Part shown: one piece after another, positions 33,644 through 43,479 of the stretch
Layout of the letters: each line of letters starts with the position of its first letter
Position numbering within the stretch: position 1 is the stretch's first letter
Assembly (NCBI GenBank): GCA_964526645.1
Contig: CAZGJN010000013.1
Coordinates: forward strand, 2,631-66,630
Length of the DNA stretch: 64,000 bases
Origin: an uncultured Saprospiraceae bacterium
GTDB lineage: Bacteria; Bacteroidota; Bacteroidia; Chitinophagales; Saprospiraceae
Direction of reading: 5' to 3'
Made by a program: the position numbers and the translations under genes
The notes under the pieces: generated by a model
Database searches by the model: none
What the model was told of the DNA's origin: nothing
Seen by the model: only the letters and a program-made list of their open reading frames with translations

Positions 33644-34780
33644 CTATTTAAGTACGATTCCGTTGCTCGCCATCCAGTCGCTCAAATCTTGCTTTTGAAT
33701 AATATTTGCCATCAGGGAAGGAAATAAAAGAGGCGTACAAGCAAAGGACGGGATGCCTAACTGGGCAAAAAAACTGGCGTTGCTGCGGTCGTAGGCAGGT
33801 GCCCCATCATCGTTGAGAGCAAGCAGACAAATAAATTCGATGCCCGAATGCTTGAGCATAGCCGCTTTTTCCCGCATTTCTGCCTCGTTTCCACCTTCAT
33901 ACAAATCACTTATCAGTACGAGAATGGTTTCCTGCGGCTGGTTGACAAGTGATTGCGCATAGGACAGCGCATTCCCGATATGCGTGCCGCCGCCCAGTTG
34001 GGTGGCAAATAGTAGCTCGACAGGATCATCCGATAAACCCGACAAATCCACTACATTCGTATCAAAAACGACAATATGGGTGCGAACAGCCGCCAAAGAA
34101 GCTAAGATAGAACCAAAGACAGCGGCATACACCACGGATGTAGCCATCGAGCCACTTTGGTCTATGAGTAGGAGGATGTGCTGGAGTTGGCGTTGTTTTT
34201 TACCAAATCCAATTTGCTTTTCAGGAATAATTGTTTTCAAGGCTGGTTGATAGTGTTTCAAATTAGCGCTGATGGTTCGCTTCCAATCCATTTCGTTAGA
34301 TTTTGGGCGAACGTTTTTGGCTGCCCTGTTGAGGCTACCGCGAATCGCTTGTTCCAAGGGGTAACGCAGCTGTTTTTCCAGGTCTTCTACGATGTGGCGT
34401 ACCAGTCTTCGGGCAGATTCGCGTGTTTTTTCGGGAAGAATTTTATTGAGGCTAAGGATTACACTTGCCAGATGCACATCCGGCACGATGGTGTCCAGGA
34501 GTTCGGGTTCCAGTAGCATTTGCTTTAAATGCAGGCGTTCCAGTGCATCTTTTTGTAGCAATTGCACCACCGGGCTTGGGAAGTAGCTTCGGATGTCTTG
34601 GAGCCATCGGTTGATGGTAGGCGCAGAATTCATCAGCCCCCGTTGGCGTTGCTCCCCCTCGTACAACATTTCGAGCGCCTTATCCATACCAGCCTGTTGT
34701 TTGGAAAGTGCGACAGCCCCCGATTCATCTGCTTGGCGCCCCAAAATGAGGCGCCACTTGAGTAATTTTTCCTCCTGCAT
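33644..34780 (-). CDS. VWA-domain protein (YehP-like by eye)
   Basis: N-terminal 'LLKWRLILGRQ'. MIDAS 'LLIDQSGSM'. 'LVLISDLYEGG'. Confidence 0.7.
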   Translation of the reverse strand: MQEEKLLKWRLILGRQADESGAVALSKQQAGMDKALEMLYEGEQRQRGLMNSAPTINRWLQDIRSYFPSPVVQLLQKDALERLHLKQMLLEPELLDTIVPDVHLASVILSLNKILPEKTRESARRLVRHIVEDLEKQLRYPLEQAIRGSLNRAAKNVRPKSNEMDWKRTISANLKHYQPALKTIIPEKQIGFGKKQRQLQHILLLIDQSGSMATSVVYAAVFGSILASLAAVRTHIVVFDTNVVDLSGLSDDPVELLFATQLGGGTHIGNALSYAQSLVNQPQETILVLISDLYEGGNEAEMREKAAMLKHSGIEFICLLALNDDGAPAYDRSNASFFAQLGIPSFACTPLLFPSLMANIIQKQDLSDWMASNGIVLK

Positions 34781-35037
34781 TATTTTCTTCTCACCAAGCT
34801 CGCAATAAACAGCAGGACAATAGCGCCGATAAGCCCGTAAACAATGTCATTCACAATAGCATTACCGAGGTTAATCGGGCTATTGAGTACAGTTTTGAGC
34901 AGCCAGTTGCCTAAAAAGCCACCCAGGATACCGACAATAATGTTGCCGATGATACCAAAGCCAGTACCTTTCATAATTTGACCAGCGAGCCAACCGGCAA
35001 CTGCACCGATGATCAAAGCGTAAATCAGACCGTTCAT
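34780..35037 (-). CDS. GlsB/YeaQ/YmgE-family small stress membrane protein
   Basis: 85 aa with Gly-zipper helices ('IIGAVAGWLAGQIMKGTGFGIIGNIIVGILGGFLG'). Its stop shares one nucleotide with the downstream VWA start (TAATG). Confidence 0.8.
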   Translation of the reverse strand: MNGLIYALIIGAVAGWLAGQIMKGTGFGIIGNIIVGILGGFLGNWLLKTVLNSPINLGNAIVNDIVYGLIGAIVLLFIASLVRRK

Positions 35038-35211
35038 AAAGTTGGAATTTTGTTTAACAATATGGGCAATTTATGAAAATTTGTTTAATCTTTTGCATTT
35101 TTGACGTAAACAAAAAGTTAACAAAACTTGATATGGCATTTTTTGTTGCAAGCGAATTAAATTCTAAGATTAACCCGAACTGTATTACCTTAGCAACCAT
35201 AACTTACAGCA

Positions 35212-36339
35212 GTGAAAGAGCAAAAACTGGATCATTCCTTTACACAAGAGCAGGAGGATGTACTTCGTTCCATCCGTATATCGCGTATTTTTTTACCGAT
35301 TGTGATTGGCATTGGGGCTGTTATTTATCTGGTATGGAAACAGTTTGACACAAAGGATTTCGCTAATATAAATTGGACGCAGCATACTTTGCTGTGGATG
35401 GGAATAGCTGTTTTTTTGTTTTTGCTGTGGCATTTTATTTATTCTGCGCGGCTGCGGGTATTGTCTGGAGGAGCATTTAGCTGGTGGAAATGTATTGAGC
35501 TGATTGTCATCTGGGAGTTTGCATCCGCTGTATCCCCTTCTGCGGTGGGGGGGTCTACGGTTGCTTTTTTTATCCTTGCCCAAGAAAAGCTGCCGATAGC
35601 CAAAACGACCATGATAGTGCTTTATACCATTGCACTGGATGGCTTATTTTTTATTATTACAATCCCTTTTCTTTATCTGATTTTCGGCAATCGAATCATA
35701 GAACCTGATGTTGCCCATATCAGTGAGGTAGGCGCTTGGGGCATTTATTTTATTATTGCGTATCTGGTGATGAGCACTTATAGTTTATTTTTTATGTATG
35801 GCATTTTTATCAATCCCGGTCAGCTCCGCCGAATTTTGGTCTTTTTCACCAGCTTAAAATGGCTACAACGCTACCGCCCAAAGGCAGAAAAACTGGGTGA
35901 AGATATGATCATTGCCTCCCAGGAATTGCGGCAGCAAGGCTTTCGACTCCATTTTTGGGCAGCCTTTTCTACTTTTTGTGTATGGGTGGTTCGCTTTTTG
36001 ATTTTGAATTGTAGCATTATTGCTTTTATGGATGACATTCCAGCTACTTTTTCCTTGCAATTTGAACTTTATGCTCGCCTCGAAACCATGTTCCTGATTT
36101 TTTTATTCAGCCCTACTCCTGGCGGCGCGGGTGTAGTGGAGTTGGTATTAGGCGGTTTTTTAAAAGACTTTGCGACCAATCCGACCATTGCTACGGTGAT
36201 CACTACATTTTGGCGGCTGCTCACTTATTACAGCTATCTGCTTTTGGGGGCAATTGTAATACCCAACTGGATCAGAAACCTGCTCAATGAACGCCGCAAA
36301 CACAAACAACATACAGAACAGGAAGTGCAAGTTTCTTAA
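35212..36339 (+). CDS. flippase-like (UPF0104/lysyl-PG-synthase TM-region family) membrane protein
   Basis: GTG start, about 8 TM helices, 'SPTPGGAGVVELVLGGFL' motif. Confidence 0.7.
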   Translation: MKEQKLDHSFTQEQEDVLRSIRISRIFLPIVIGIGAVIYLVWKQFDTKDFANINWTQHTLLWMGIAVFLFLLWHFIYSARLRVLSGGAFSWWKCIELIVIWEFASAVSPSAVGGSTVAFFILAQEKLPIAKTTMIVLYTIALDGLFFIITIPFLYLIFGNRIIEPDVAHISEVGAWGIYFIIAYLVMSTYSLFFMYGIFINPGQLRRILVFFTSLKWLQRYRPKAEKLGEDMIIASQELRQQGFRLHFWAAFSTFCVWVVRFLILNCSIIAFMDDIPATFSLQFELYARLETMFLIFLFSPTPGGAGVVELVLGGFLKDFATNPTIATVITTFWRLLTYYSYLLLGAIVIPNWIRNLLNERRKHKQHTEQEVQVS

Positions 36340-38063
36340 AACTTTAGGTCTTTTACCTGCAATTGCAGATAAGTATTATCATTCCAGTTGTTTTCATTTA
36401 GCGAAAAGCACAGATCAAAGGGCTGTTTTGTAGCTATTTTGGCATGCCAAGCGCCACTATCAAATGCAATGCCATAAAAAGGAGCAGAATCATCTTGTTT
36501 TATTGCAAGCCGTAAATGATTGCCACTTAATACTTTTGAATAGCCAATATCCTTCACTTGCCGGGCTACAAAAACGGGGCTCATATTCCCCGGACCAAAG
36601 GGTGCAAATTGTTTTAAAATATTCCAAAAAGCAGGGGTAAGGTCTTTTAAGCTCATTTCCGAAGCAAGCTCAATGACAGGAACTAACATTTCATCCGAGA
36701 TCATCAAATCTGCTACAGCTTCAAATCTTTCCTGAAAAAACAGCACATCTCCGGGTCGCAGCGTAAGTCCCGCCGCGTGGGTATGACCGCCAAAGCTGAT
36801 CAGTAAATCTTCGCACTTTTTGATGGCTTGGTGCATATCAAAGCCCGGAATAGAACGCGCCGAACCAACAACCATTTGCTCCGACTTGGTGAGGATAATG
36901 GCAGGGCGATGAAATTGTTCTACCATTCGGGCTGCTGCGATGCCTATTACACCTTTATGCCAGTGGGGTTGGTACAATACGATGCTACGCGTAGTTGCCC
37001 AATCAGGATTTTGCTGAAAAAGCGCTTTTGCTTCCGTAGCAATCCGCTGGTCAAATTCCTTTCGAAGCGTGTTGCGATGTACCAATACCCTGCCATAGTC
37101 AAATGCCACCTCTTTACTTTTTGACAATAATAACCGCACCGCCTGGTCTGCATCTGCCAATCGCCCTGCGGCATTGATGATAGGGCCCAAGCCAAATACA
37201 ATGTCGCTAATACACAGGGGACGTTGGCGCTTGCTCAGCTCTATGAGTGCTTTCAAACCTGGACGCTCTGTGGCGTTGAGTTTTTGCAAGCCATAGGAAG
37301 CCAGGATTCTATTTTCATCTACGATAGGTACAATATCAGCAGCAATACTGATAACGAGGAAATCGAGCAGGTCTTCCAACTGCCGCCAATCCAGATCATG
37401 TGTTTCTACATAAGCCTGTGCAAGTTTAAAAGCAACCCCGCAGCCGCTCAACTCCTTGAAAGGGTAAGCACAATCGAGTTGTTTTGGATCTAAAATGGCA
37501 GTTGCTTCAGGTCGTTTTTCATCAGGCAGGTGATGATCACAGACAATAACGTCTATGCCGTAATTCCTGGCACGCCGAATGGGTTGTATTGCGTTGATCC
37601 CGCAATCCAGGGTGATGATAAGTGAAATACCCGCCTGATGGGCATATTCCACCCCCTCCATGGATACCCCGTAACCTTCCTTGTAGCGGTCGGGAATGTA
37701 GTAATCCAGCATAGCCGCATGCCGCTCCAAAAAGCTGTACATCATGGCAATAGCAGTAGTGCCATCCACATCATAGTCTCCGTAGAGTAGTATTTTTTCT
37801 TTATTTTGAATGGCTTTGGTCAAACGATCCACGGCGATTGCCATGTCCTTCATCAGTAAAGGATCATGCAAATGGCTCAAATCCGGGCGGAAAAATCGCC
37901 GGGCTTGTTCAAAAGAAGAGATACCTCGTTGCACCAACAATTTACAAAACAAAGGATGGATGCCAAGGTGCTGCTGCAACACCGCTGCTGCCGCTTCATC
38001 CACTGGTAGCGTTTTCCATCTTTTTTCCATTATAGGTGTTTTAGTTGCTGTTATCGTTTTCAA
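36336..38063 (-). CDS. recJ: single-stranded-DNA-specific exonuclease RecJ
   Basis: DHH motifs 'LLYGDYDVDGTT', 'VIVCDHHLPD'. DHHA1 motif 'GGHTHAAGLTL'. Confidence 0.9.
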   Translation of the reverse strand: MKTITATKTPIMEKRWKTLPVDEAAAAVLQQHLGIHPLFCKLLVQRGISSFEQARRFFRPDLSHLHDPLLMKDMAIAVDRLTKAIQNKEKILLYGDYDVDGTTAIAMMYSFLERHAAMLDYYIPDRYKEGYGVSMEGVEYAHQAGISLIITLDCGINAIQPIRRARNYGIDVIVCDHHLPDEKRPEATAILDPKQLDCAYPFKELSGCGVAFKLAQAYVETHDLDWRQLEDLLDFLVISIAADIVPIVDENRILASYGLQKLNATERPGLKALIELSKRQRPLCISDIVFGLGPIINAAGRLADADQAVRLLLSKSKEVAFDYGRVLVHRNTLRKEFDQRIATEAKALFQQNPDWATTRSIVLYQPHWHKGVIGIAAARMVEQFHRPAIILTKSEQMVVGSARSIPGFDMHQAIKKCEDLLISFGGHTHAAGLTLRPGDVLFFQERFEAVADLMISDEMLVPVIELASEMSLKDLTPAFWNILKQFAPFGPGNMSPVFVARQVKDIGYSKVLSGNHLRLAIKQDDSAPFYGIAFDSGAWHAKIATKQPFDLCFSLNENNWNDNTYLQLQVKDLKF

Positions 38064-38213
38064 AGCTATTGTATTCTGATGATAAATAATAAGAAATTGA
38101 CACTGGATGACAGTTGCGCCTTAAAAGTGAGCTTTTTGCAGAATTTTTTCAACAATTCTTTTGACGTAGCGTATGTTTGTAAGTACACATTTTTTTGCAA
38201 AAAAAAAATTCTG

Positions 38214-40556
38214 ATGCCTTGCCGACTGATTTTTCTGCTGCTGTTTTGCTTTGCTTCGACGCTGCGGGGGCAGCCACAGTTCACCATTAGCGGCAGGGTT
38301 ATTGATGGGAATAGCGGAGAAACGCTCATCGGCGCTACGATTGCTGTTTTACAAACGGGCACAGGCACCTTGACCAATGAGTACGGCTTCTACTCTCTTT
38401 CTGTTCCTGCTAATGACTCCTTTGATATTGAATTCAGCTATGTGGGATTCCAATCGAAGCGACTCAAGGTTTTTCTGATCAATGATTTGGAAATAAATAT
38501 TGAATTGGGCGGCGGCGTTGAACTGGAAGAGGTGCTTGTAAAAGCGAATGCCTTTCGGGAGCAACTCCAATCAACCGAAATGAGCGTAGAGCAAATTTCA
38601 ACGAAAGAAGCCAGGGCGATTCCGCTCGTTTTTGGCGAAAGCGATATTCTCAAGGTGATTCAATTAAAGCCGGGGATTCCTTCGGGTTCGGAGGGTACAA
38701 CGGGCTTGTTTGTGCGCGGTGGCGGCAACGACCAAAACCTCATCATCCTCGATGAAGCGATCGTTTATAACCCCAATCACCTTTTTGGTTTTTTCAGCAC
38801 TTTTAATACAGATGCCGTCAAAGATTTGAAGCTGTACAAAGGCGGATTTCCAGCACAGTACGGCGGACGCTTGTCTTCTGTGATTGATGTAAAACTGAAA
38901 GAAGGCAATAGCAAGGCATTTGCCGGATCAGGCGGATTGGGGCTGATTGCTTCGCGGCTCACACTCGAAGGCCCCATCAAAAAAAATGAGTCCAGCTTTA
39001 TCGTTTCTGGTCGGCGCACGTATGTAGATATTTTTACCAGAGCCATCAACCGCGCCAATGAAGGCAAAGAGAATTTTAATCCGATACCCGACTACTATTT
39101 CTACGATTTGAATACCAAAATCAATTTCCGTTTGGGCAACAAAGACCGGCTTTTTGTAAGTGGCTATTTTGGGCGCGATGTGTTTGGGTTTGAAGGCGAT
39201 TTTTTCGATTTTGATTTTGATTGGGGCAATGCCACCGGCACACTGCGCTGGAATCATACTTTCAATCCGAAGTTATTTGCTAATACAACCTTCACTTACT
39301 CTGATTATCAATACAATATAAAAAATGCGGTCACCGGCTTTTCGTTCAATCTCGGTTCCAACATCCGGGATGCCAATTTAAAAGCAGATTTTTATTTTGT
39401 ACCCAACAATCGGCATACCTTTCGTTTTGGTGGCAATGCTACTTACCACCGCTTCACGGTAGGCAGGTTAAAAGCTGGCAGCGATGACGGCGTGGTTTCT
39501 TTCTCTGCAGGGCAAGACTATGATGGGATAGAGCTGGGGGCTTACGTTTCGGATGAATTTGTGGCTACGCCCAAGTTAAAGTTCAACGCTGGGCTTCGAT
39601 TCAGCGGTTTTAGCAATGATGAGCAATTTTATACAGGCGTAGAGCCACGGCTGGCAAGCAATTATGAAATAAATGACAATTTGTCCGTCAAGGGCAGCTA
39701 TGCGCGCATGTACCAGTACTTGCACTTGGTTGCCAATGCAGGAGTGGCCTTGCCTACGGATATTTGGTACCCTTCCACCAAACGCATACAGCCACAGCGG
39801 TCAGATCAAGTAGCCCTGGGATTGTCCTTCATTTGGAAGAAAAACTACCTGGTCAATATTGAAACCTACTATAAAAACTTAGCCAATCAGGTAGAATTTG
39901 TAGATGGTGCAGAGGTGTTCGCCAATGATGAACTGGAAGAAGAATTCGCTATCGGTCGGGGTGATACCTATGGGTTGGAATGGAGCATTGAAAAAAAAGA
40001 AGGCAAGCTTACGGGTTGGATCGGCTACACCCTGGCGCTCACCCAGCGCGGCGAGTTCAAAACTATTGTGCCCGAAGCCAGCTTTGCCCAAGAAGGCTAT
40101 TTTTCTCCGATCTATGATCGAAGGCACGACCTTTCGGTGGTGGCGCTGTATGACATCAGTCGCCGCCTGAGTTTCACAGCTACCTTCGTGTATGGTTCTG
40201 GCGATCTGCGATGGCTTCCTACGGGCAGGTTTTCTTTCCAGGATGTGTACGGTGCTGGTTTTGAAGCGATCGTACCCATTTATGGCGATAGAAATAACTA
40301 TCGCTTGCCGCCATACCACCGACTTGATTTGGGTTTGGTTATCAATCTTTTTCCAAAATGGGGCAAAAGTGACCTGACGATTAATGTAATCAATGCCTAC
40401 GACCGCCGAAATACCTTTTTTATTTACTTCGAACCCGTGTATAAAGAAGTGCAAGATGGGCAGGGCGGCATGGTGGAGCTACCGGAGCGAATTGCAGCTA
40501 AACAAGTATCGCTATTTCCCATTCTACCTTCCGTCACCTGGAATTTTCAATTCTGA
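38214..40556 (+). CDS. TonB-dependent receptor (CarboxypepD_reg, plug and barrel), not SusC/SusD-type
   Basis: The likely start is the ATG at 38214 ('MPCRLIFLLLFCFASTLRGQ'), not 38079. 'ISGRVIDGNSGETLIGATIAV'. C-terminal 'SVTWNFQF'. Confidence 0.85.
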   Translation: MPCRLIFLLLFCFASTLRGQPQFTISGRVIDGNSGETLIGATIAVLQTGTGTLTNEYGFYSLSVPANDSFDIEFSYVGFQSKRLKVFLINDLEINIELGGGVELEEVLVKANAFREQLQSTEMSVEQISTKEARAIPLVFGESDILKVIQLKPGIPSGSEGTTGLFVRGGGNDQNLIILDEAIVYNPNHLFGFFSTFNTDAVKDLKLYKGGFPAQYGGRLSSVIDVKLKEGNSKAFAGSGGLGLIASRLTLEGPIKKNESSFIVSGRRTYVDIFTRAINRANEGKENFNPIPDYYFYDLNTKINFRLGNKDRLFVSGYFGRDVFGFEGDFFDFDFDWGNATGTLRWNHTFNPKLFANTTFTYSDYQYNIKNAVTGFSFNLGSNIRDANLKADFYFVPNNRHTFRFGGNATYHRFTVGRLKAGSDDGVVSFSAGQDYDGIELGAYVSDEFVATPKLKFNAGLRFSGFSNDEQFYTGVEPRLASNYEINDNLSVKGSYARMYQYLHLVANAGVALPTDIWYPSTKRIQPQRSDQVALGLSFIWKKNYLVNIETYYKNLANQVEFVDGAEVFANDELEEEFAIGRGDTYGLEWSIEKKEGKLTGWIGYTLALTQRGEFKTIVPEASFAQEGYFSPIYDRRHDLSVVALYDISRRLSFTATFVYGSGDLRWLPTGRFSFQDVYGAGFEAIVPIYGDRNNYRLPPYHRLDLGLVINLFPKWGKSDLTINVINAYDRRNTFFIYFEPVYKEVQDGQGGMVELPERIAAKQVSLFPILPSVTWNFQF

Positions 40557-40573
40557 CAAAAAAGAGACATCCT

Positions 40574-41419
40574 ATGAATCAGTTAAAAAATATCATCCCT
40601 GCGCTTTTCCTTTTGTTCGCCATTTCATGCGATCTGGAGCAAGAAATTGATATTCAGCTACCAGATTACGACAATGGTTTGGTGTTGGAATGCTATCTCG
40701 AACCAGGGCAGCCCTTTGCCCTCCTGCTCTCCAAAAGTGCGGCTTACTTCGATCCTTTCCCCACGCTTGATGCGGCGTTTTTGGATCATATTTTGGAAGA
40801 CAGCGCACAGGTGTCCATTAGCTATCGTGGGAACGTTTTTCCATTATCCAATCGGACTATTTTTAATCCGCTGACTAGAAAGATTTATAATTATATCAAT
40901 TTTGAATTAGTCCCTGCAGATTTTGAGCACGATTTTGAGTTAAAAATTGTAACAAAAGACGGCAAAACCATCGAAGCAGTGACGCGCATACTGCCCAAAA
41001 TTCCAATTGATAGCGTGGTGGTGCAATTTGATGAAAAAAATGATTCCCTTGCCAGAGTGTTGACTTACCTCACGGATGATCCCAACCAAAAAAATTATTT
41101 CAGAAGGATGCTGCACAAAGGTGATTTGGATACTTTGCCAGAGCAGGATTTTATCAGTGATGACCGGATCGTGGAAGATTTGCTGGTTTTCGGTACGGGG
41201 TATGATTACAAATTGGGGGATACTATCATCAACACCATATACCACATTGATGACCATTATTTCAACTTTCTGGAAAGTTACCTTCGTGCCTCCGTCGCCA
41301 ACGGCAATCCTTTCACCCAACCCAGCCCAATCATTTCTAATCTGAATGGTACTGCCAATGCCATTGGAATTTTTACGGGATTGAGCTTCGACCGAAAAGT
41401 GACTATCCTCAAAAGATAA
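40574..41419 (+). CDS. DUF4249-like lipoprotein partner of the TonB-dependent receptor
   Basis: Lipobox 'LFAISC'. The size and position directly after a CarboxypepD_reg-type TBDR match the usual TBDR-DUF4249 pairing. Confidence 0.55.
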   Translation: MNQLKNIIPALFLLFAISCDLEQEIDIQLPDYDNGLVLECYLEPGQPFALLLSKSAAYFDPFPTLDAAFLDHILEDSAQVSISYRGNVFPLSNRTIFNPLTRKIYNYINFELVPADFEHDFELKIVTKDGKTIEAVTRILPKIPIDSVVVQFDEKNDSLARVLTYLTDDPNQKNYFRRMLHKGDLDTLPEQDFISDDRIVEDLLVFGTGYDYKLGDTIINTIYHIDDHYFNFLESYLRASVANGNPFTQPSPIISNLNGTANAIGIFTGLSFDRKVTILKR

Positions 41420-41421
41420 AA

Positions 41422-41449
41422 AACCGTTCAATTGTAGGATTGAACGGTT
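41422..41449. terminator. bidirectional rho-independent terminator between convergent genes
   Basis: Perfect 11-bp stem AACCGTTCAAT / ATTGAACGGTT with loop TGTAGG. It is flanked by A-run and T-run sequence (aaaa...ttttc). Confidence 0.75.
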
Positions 41450-41475
41450 TTTCTATTTTTTATGAGAAGCAGGTA

Positions 41476-42237
41476 TTAATTACCTTTTTTCAAGCTGCCC
41501 AGGTTTGGATCTGGAGCAACCTCTGTTCTTCTGTTCTTTGCACGTCCAGCGGAAGTACCATTATCAGCAGTAGGAGCAGCTTCCCCCCTGCCTACGGCAG
41601 CCACTTGATTAGGATTGACACCCTTCTTCAACAACTCGCGTACGACACTCATGGCGCGCGCAACGCTCAAATCCCAGTTGTCCATACCAGCCCCAGCAGC
41701 GAACTGCTTATTGTCAGTATGACCTTCCACGAGGATTTTCACGCCTGGGTTGTTCTTCAGCGTAGTAGCCAATTCAGCGATTGCCTTTTTCTGGTCTCTT
41801 GTCAACTTAGAAGAGCCAGATTTGTAGTTGACAGGATTATTGGTTACTACGTACAATCTGCCGTCTCTGTCTTCCAGTTTCAACCCACTGTTTTCGTAAG
41901 AAGCAAAGATGCCATCAATCTGAGCCTTGATGTTTTTCAATTCCTCTTCTGTCATTTTCAACTTAGATTCCATAGAAGCCATTTGGTTCTTAGAAGCATC
42001 CAGTTGAGATTTGATAGAAGAAATTTCACCGTTCAGGCGGTTTTTCTCAGATTCCAGGGTAGCCTGGAGGTTCTTGTTGTCTTCCTGAAGCGTTTTCAAT
42101 TGTGATTGAGTTTCAGCTAATGCTTTATCTGTAGCTTCTTTGGCAGCTTGCAGTTCATCAAATTTTTTCTTAGATACGCAAGACTGGAAAGAACCGATAA
42201 CAAGGCTGAAAATCAGTAAGCTGATTATTTGACGCAT
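41476..42237 (-). CDS. OmpA-family peptidoglycan-binding lipoprotein with an N-terminal coiled coil
   Basis: 'SFQSCVSKK' lipobox. Long coiled coil. 'VEGHTDNKQF...NRRTEV' OmpA_C motif. Confidence 0.8.
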   Translation of the reverse strand: MRQIISLLIFSLVIGSFQSCVSKKKFDELQAAKEATDKALAETQSQLKTLQEDNKNLQATLESEKNRLNGEISSIKSQLDASKNQMASMESKLKMTEEELKNIKAQIDGIFASYENSGLKLEDRDGRLYVVTNNPVNYKSGSSKLTRDQKKAIAELATTLKNNPGVKILVEGHTDNKQFAAGAGMDNWDLSVARAMSVVRELLKKGVNPNQVAAVGRGEAAPTADNGTSAGRAKNRRTEVAPDPNLGSLKKGN

Positions 42238-42548
42238 GTCCGTTTGATTTAATTAAAAAATATGAATTTTTAGCGTTTATGCCGATAATTATTTAAGAAG
42301 TTGCTTTCCGGAAAAACAGGTAAGAAAAGCGTCCTTTACTTTCATACTGCAAAACAAGATATATTTTTTGAATTAAACAAAGATACCGCAAAATAAAATT
42401 AAACTTTTGTGGGGCTAAACACTTGTAAAATGAAGGCTTCTCTTGCATTTATGGCTGGATAATTGAACTAAAGCAATAAAAAAGCTATTTTTGCCACAAC
42501 ACAAAGGGACAAAAATATTTTTTAAACGACCACAAGTAGCTCTATTGA

Positions 42549-43319
42549 ATGAATTACGAAATAAAACAGGAAGGAAAATTTAAGTATATTGAGACAAAGG
42601 GTGGCGATGAGAATTTGTTGTTGCTTCATGGATTGTTTGGCGCGTTAAGCAATTTTGAGGGTATCCTTGAATATTTTTCGAGCAAAATGAACGTAGTCGT
42701 TCCGATTCTTCCCATTTTCGAGTTGCCGCTCGTTAAGTTGTCTGTAACTGGATTGGCGGATCATGTAGCCGAATTTGTCAACTACAAAGGGTATGACAAG
42801 GTGCATGTTTTGGGCAATTCCTTAGGCGGGCATATCTCGCTGCTGTATGCGCTGGCGCACCCCCAAAAAATTGCGTCGGTGATCCTCACGGGTAGCTCAG
42901 GGCTATTTGAAAGTGCGATGGGCACGAGTTTTCCTAAGCGTGGTGATTATGAGTTTATCAAAGTGAAAACCCAGGCTACTTTTTATAAACCTGAAACCGC
43001 CAGCCAGGAATTAATAGACGAAGTATTCGATATTGTAAACGACCGCAATAAGGCTATTCGTATCATCGCTACTTCCAAATCGGCGGTGCGGCACAATCTG
43101 GGGGACAAACTACAGTCCATTACTGCACCTACTTTGTTGATTTGGGGCAGGGAGGATCAAATCACGCCTGCTTTTGTTGGAGAAAAATTTAGGGAATTGA
43201 TCAAGAATTCTCGGCTTATTTTTATTGAACAATGTGGGCATGCACCTATGATGGAACATCCAGAGCAATTTAACAAGCATTTGGAGGCATTCTTGGAAGA
43301 GGTAATGGCAAAAGCATAG
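42549..43319 (+). CDS. alpha/beta-fold hydrolase
   Basis: 'LLLLHGLFG', nucleophile elbow 'VLGNSLGGH', C-terminal 'CGHAPMMEHP'. Confidence 0.8.
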   Translation: MNYEIKQEGKFKYIETKGGDENLLLLHGLFGALSNFEGILEYFSSKMNVVVPILPIFELPLVKLSVTGLADHVAEFVNYKGYDKVHVLGNSLGGHISLLYALAHPQKIASVILTGSSGLFESAMGTSFPKRGDYEFIKVKTQATFYKPETASQELIDEVFDIVNDRNKAIRIIATSKSAVRHNLGDKLQSITAPTLLIWGREDQITPAFVGEKFRELIKNSRLIFIEQCGHAPMMEHPEQFNKHLEAFLEEVMAKA

Positions 43320-43479
43320 CTTCTCTCGCGAATATACTGCAGATTGCGGTATGAAAACGAACGATAGATAGCCCACTTTTAGCTTTGAATACAATATATC
43401 AACCGCTTCTTACATTTTATCTGAATTGTATTATTCACTGTGTGGCATTTGTTTTCCATTCACATCAATAAATTCTTTT

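Noticed and set aside
38199-38208. An A10 homopolymer 5 nt upstream of the TonB-dependent receptor start, considered as a phase-variation tract.
   Set aside because: A-rich, Shine-Dalgarno-less leaders are normal for Bacteroidota translation initiation. The tract lies outside the coding sequence, and there is no evidence of length variation from a single sequence.
38214-40556. This TonB-dependent receptor as the missing SusC of the glucan locus.
   Set aside because: It is on the opposite strand and about 7 kb away. An aminotransferase, VWA/GlsB, a flippase-like gene and recJ lie between it and the locus. It is followed by a DUF4249-type lipoprotein rather than a SusD-like gene.
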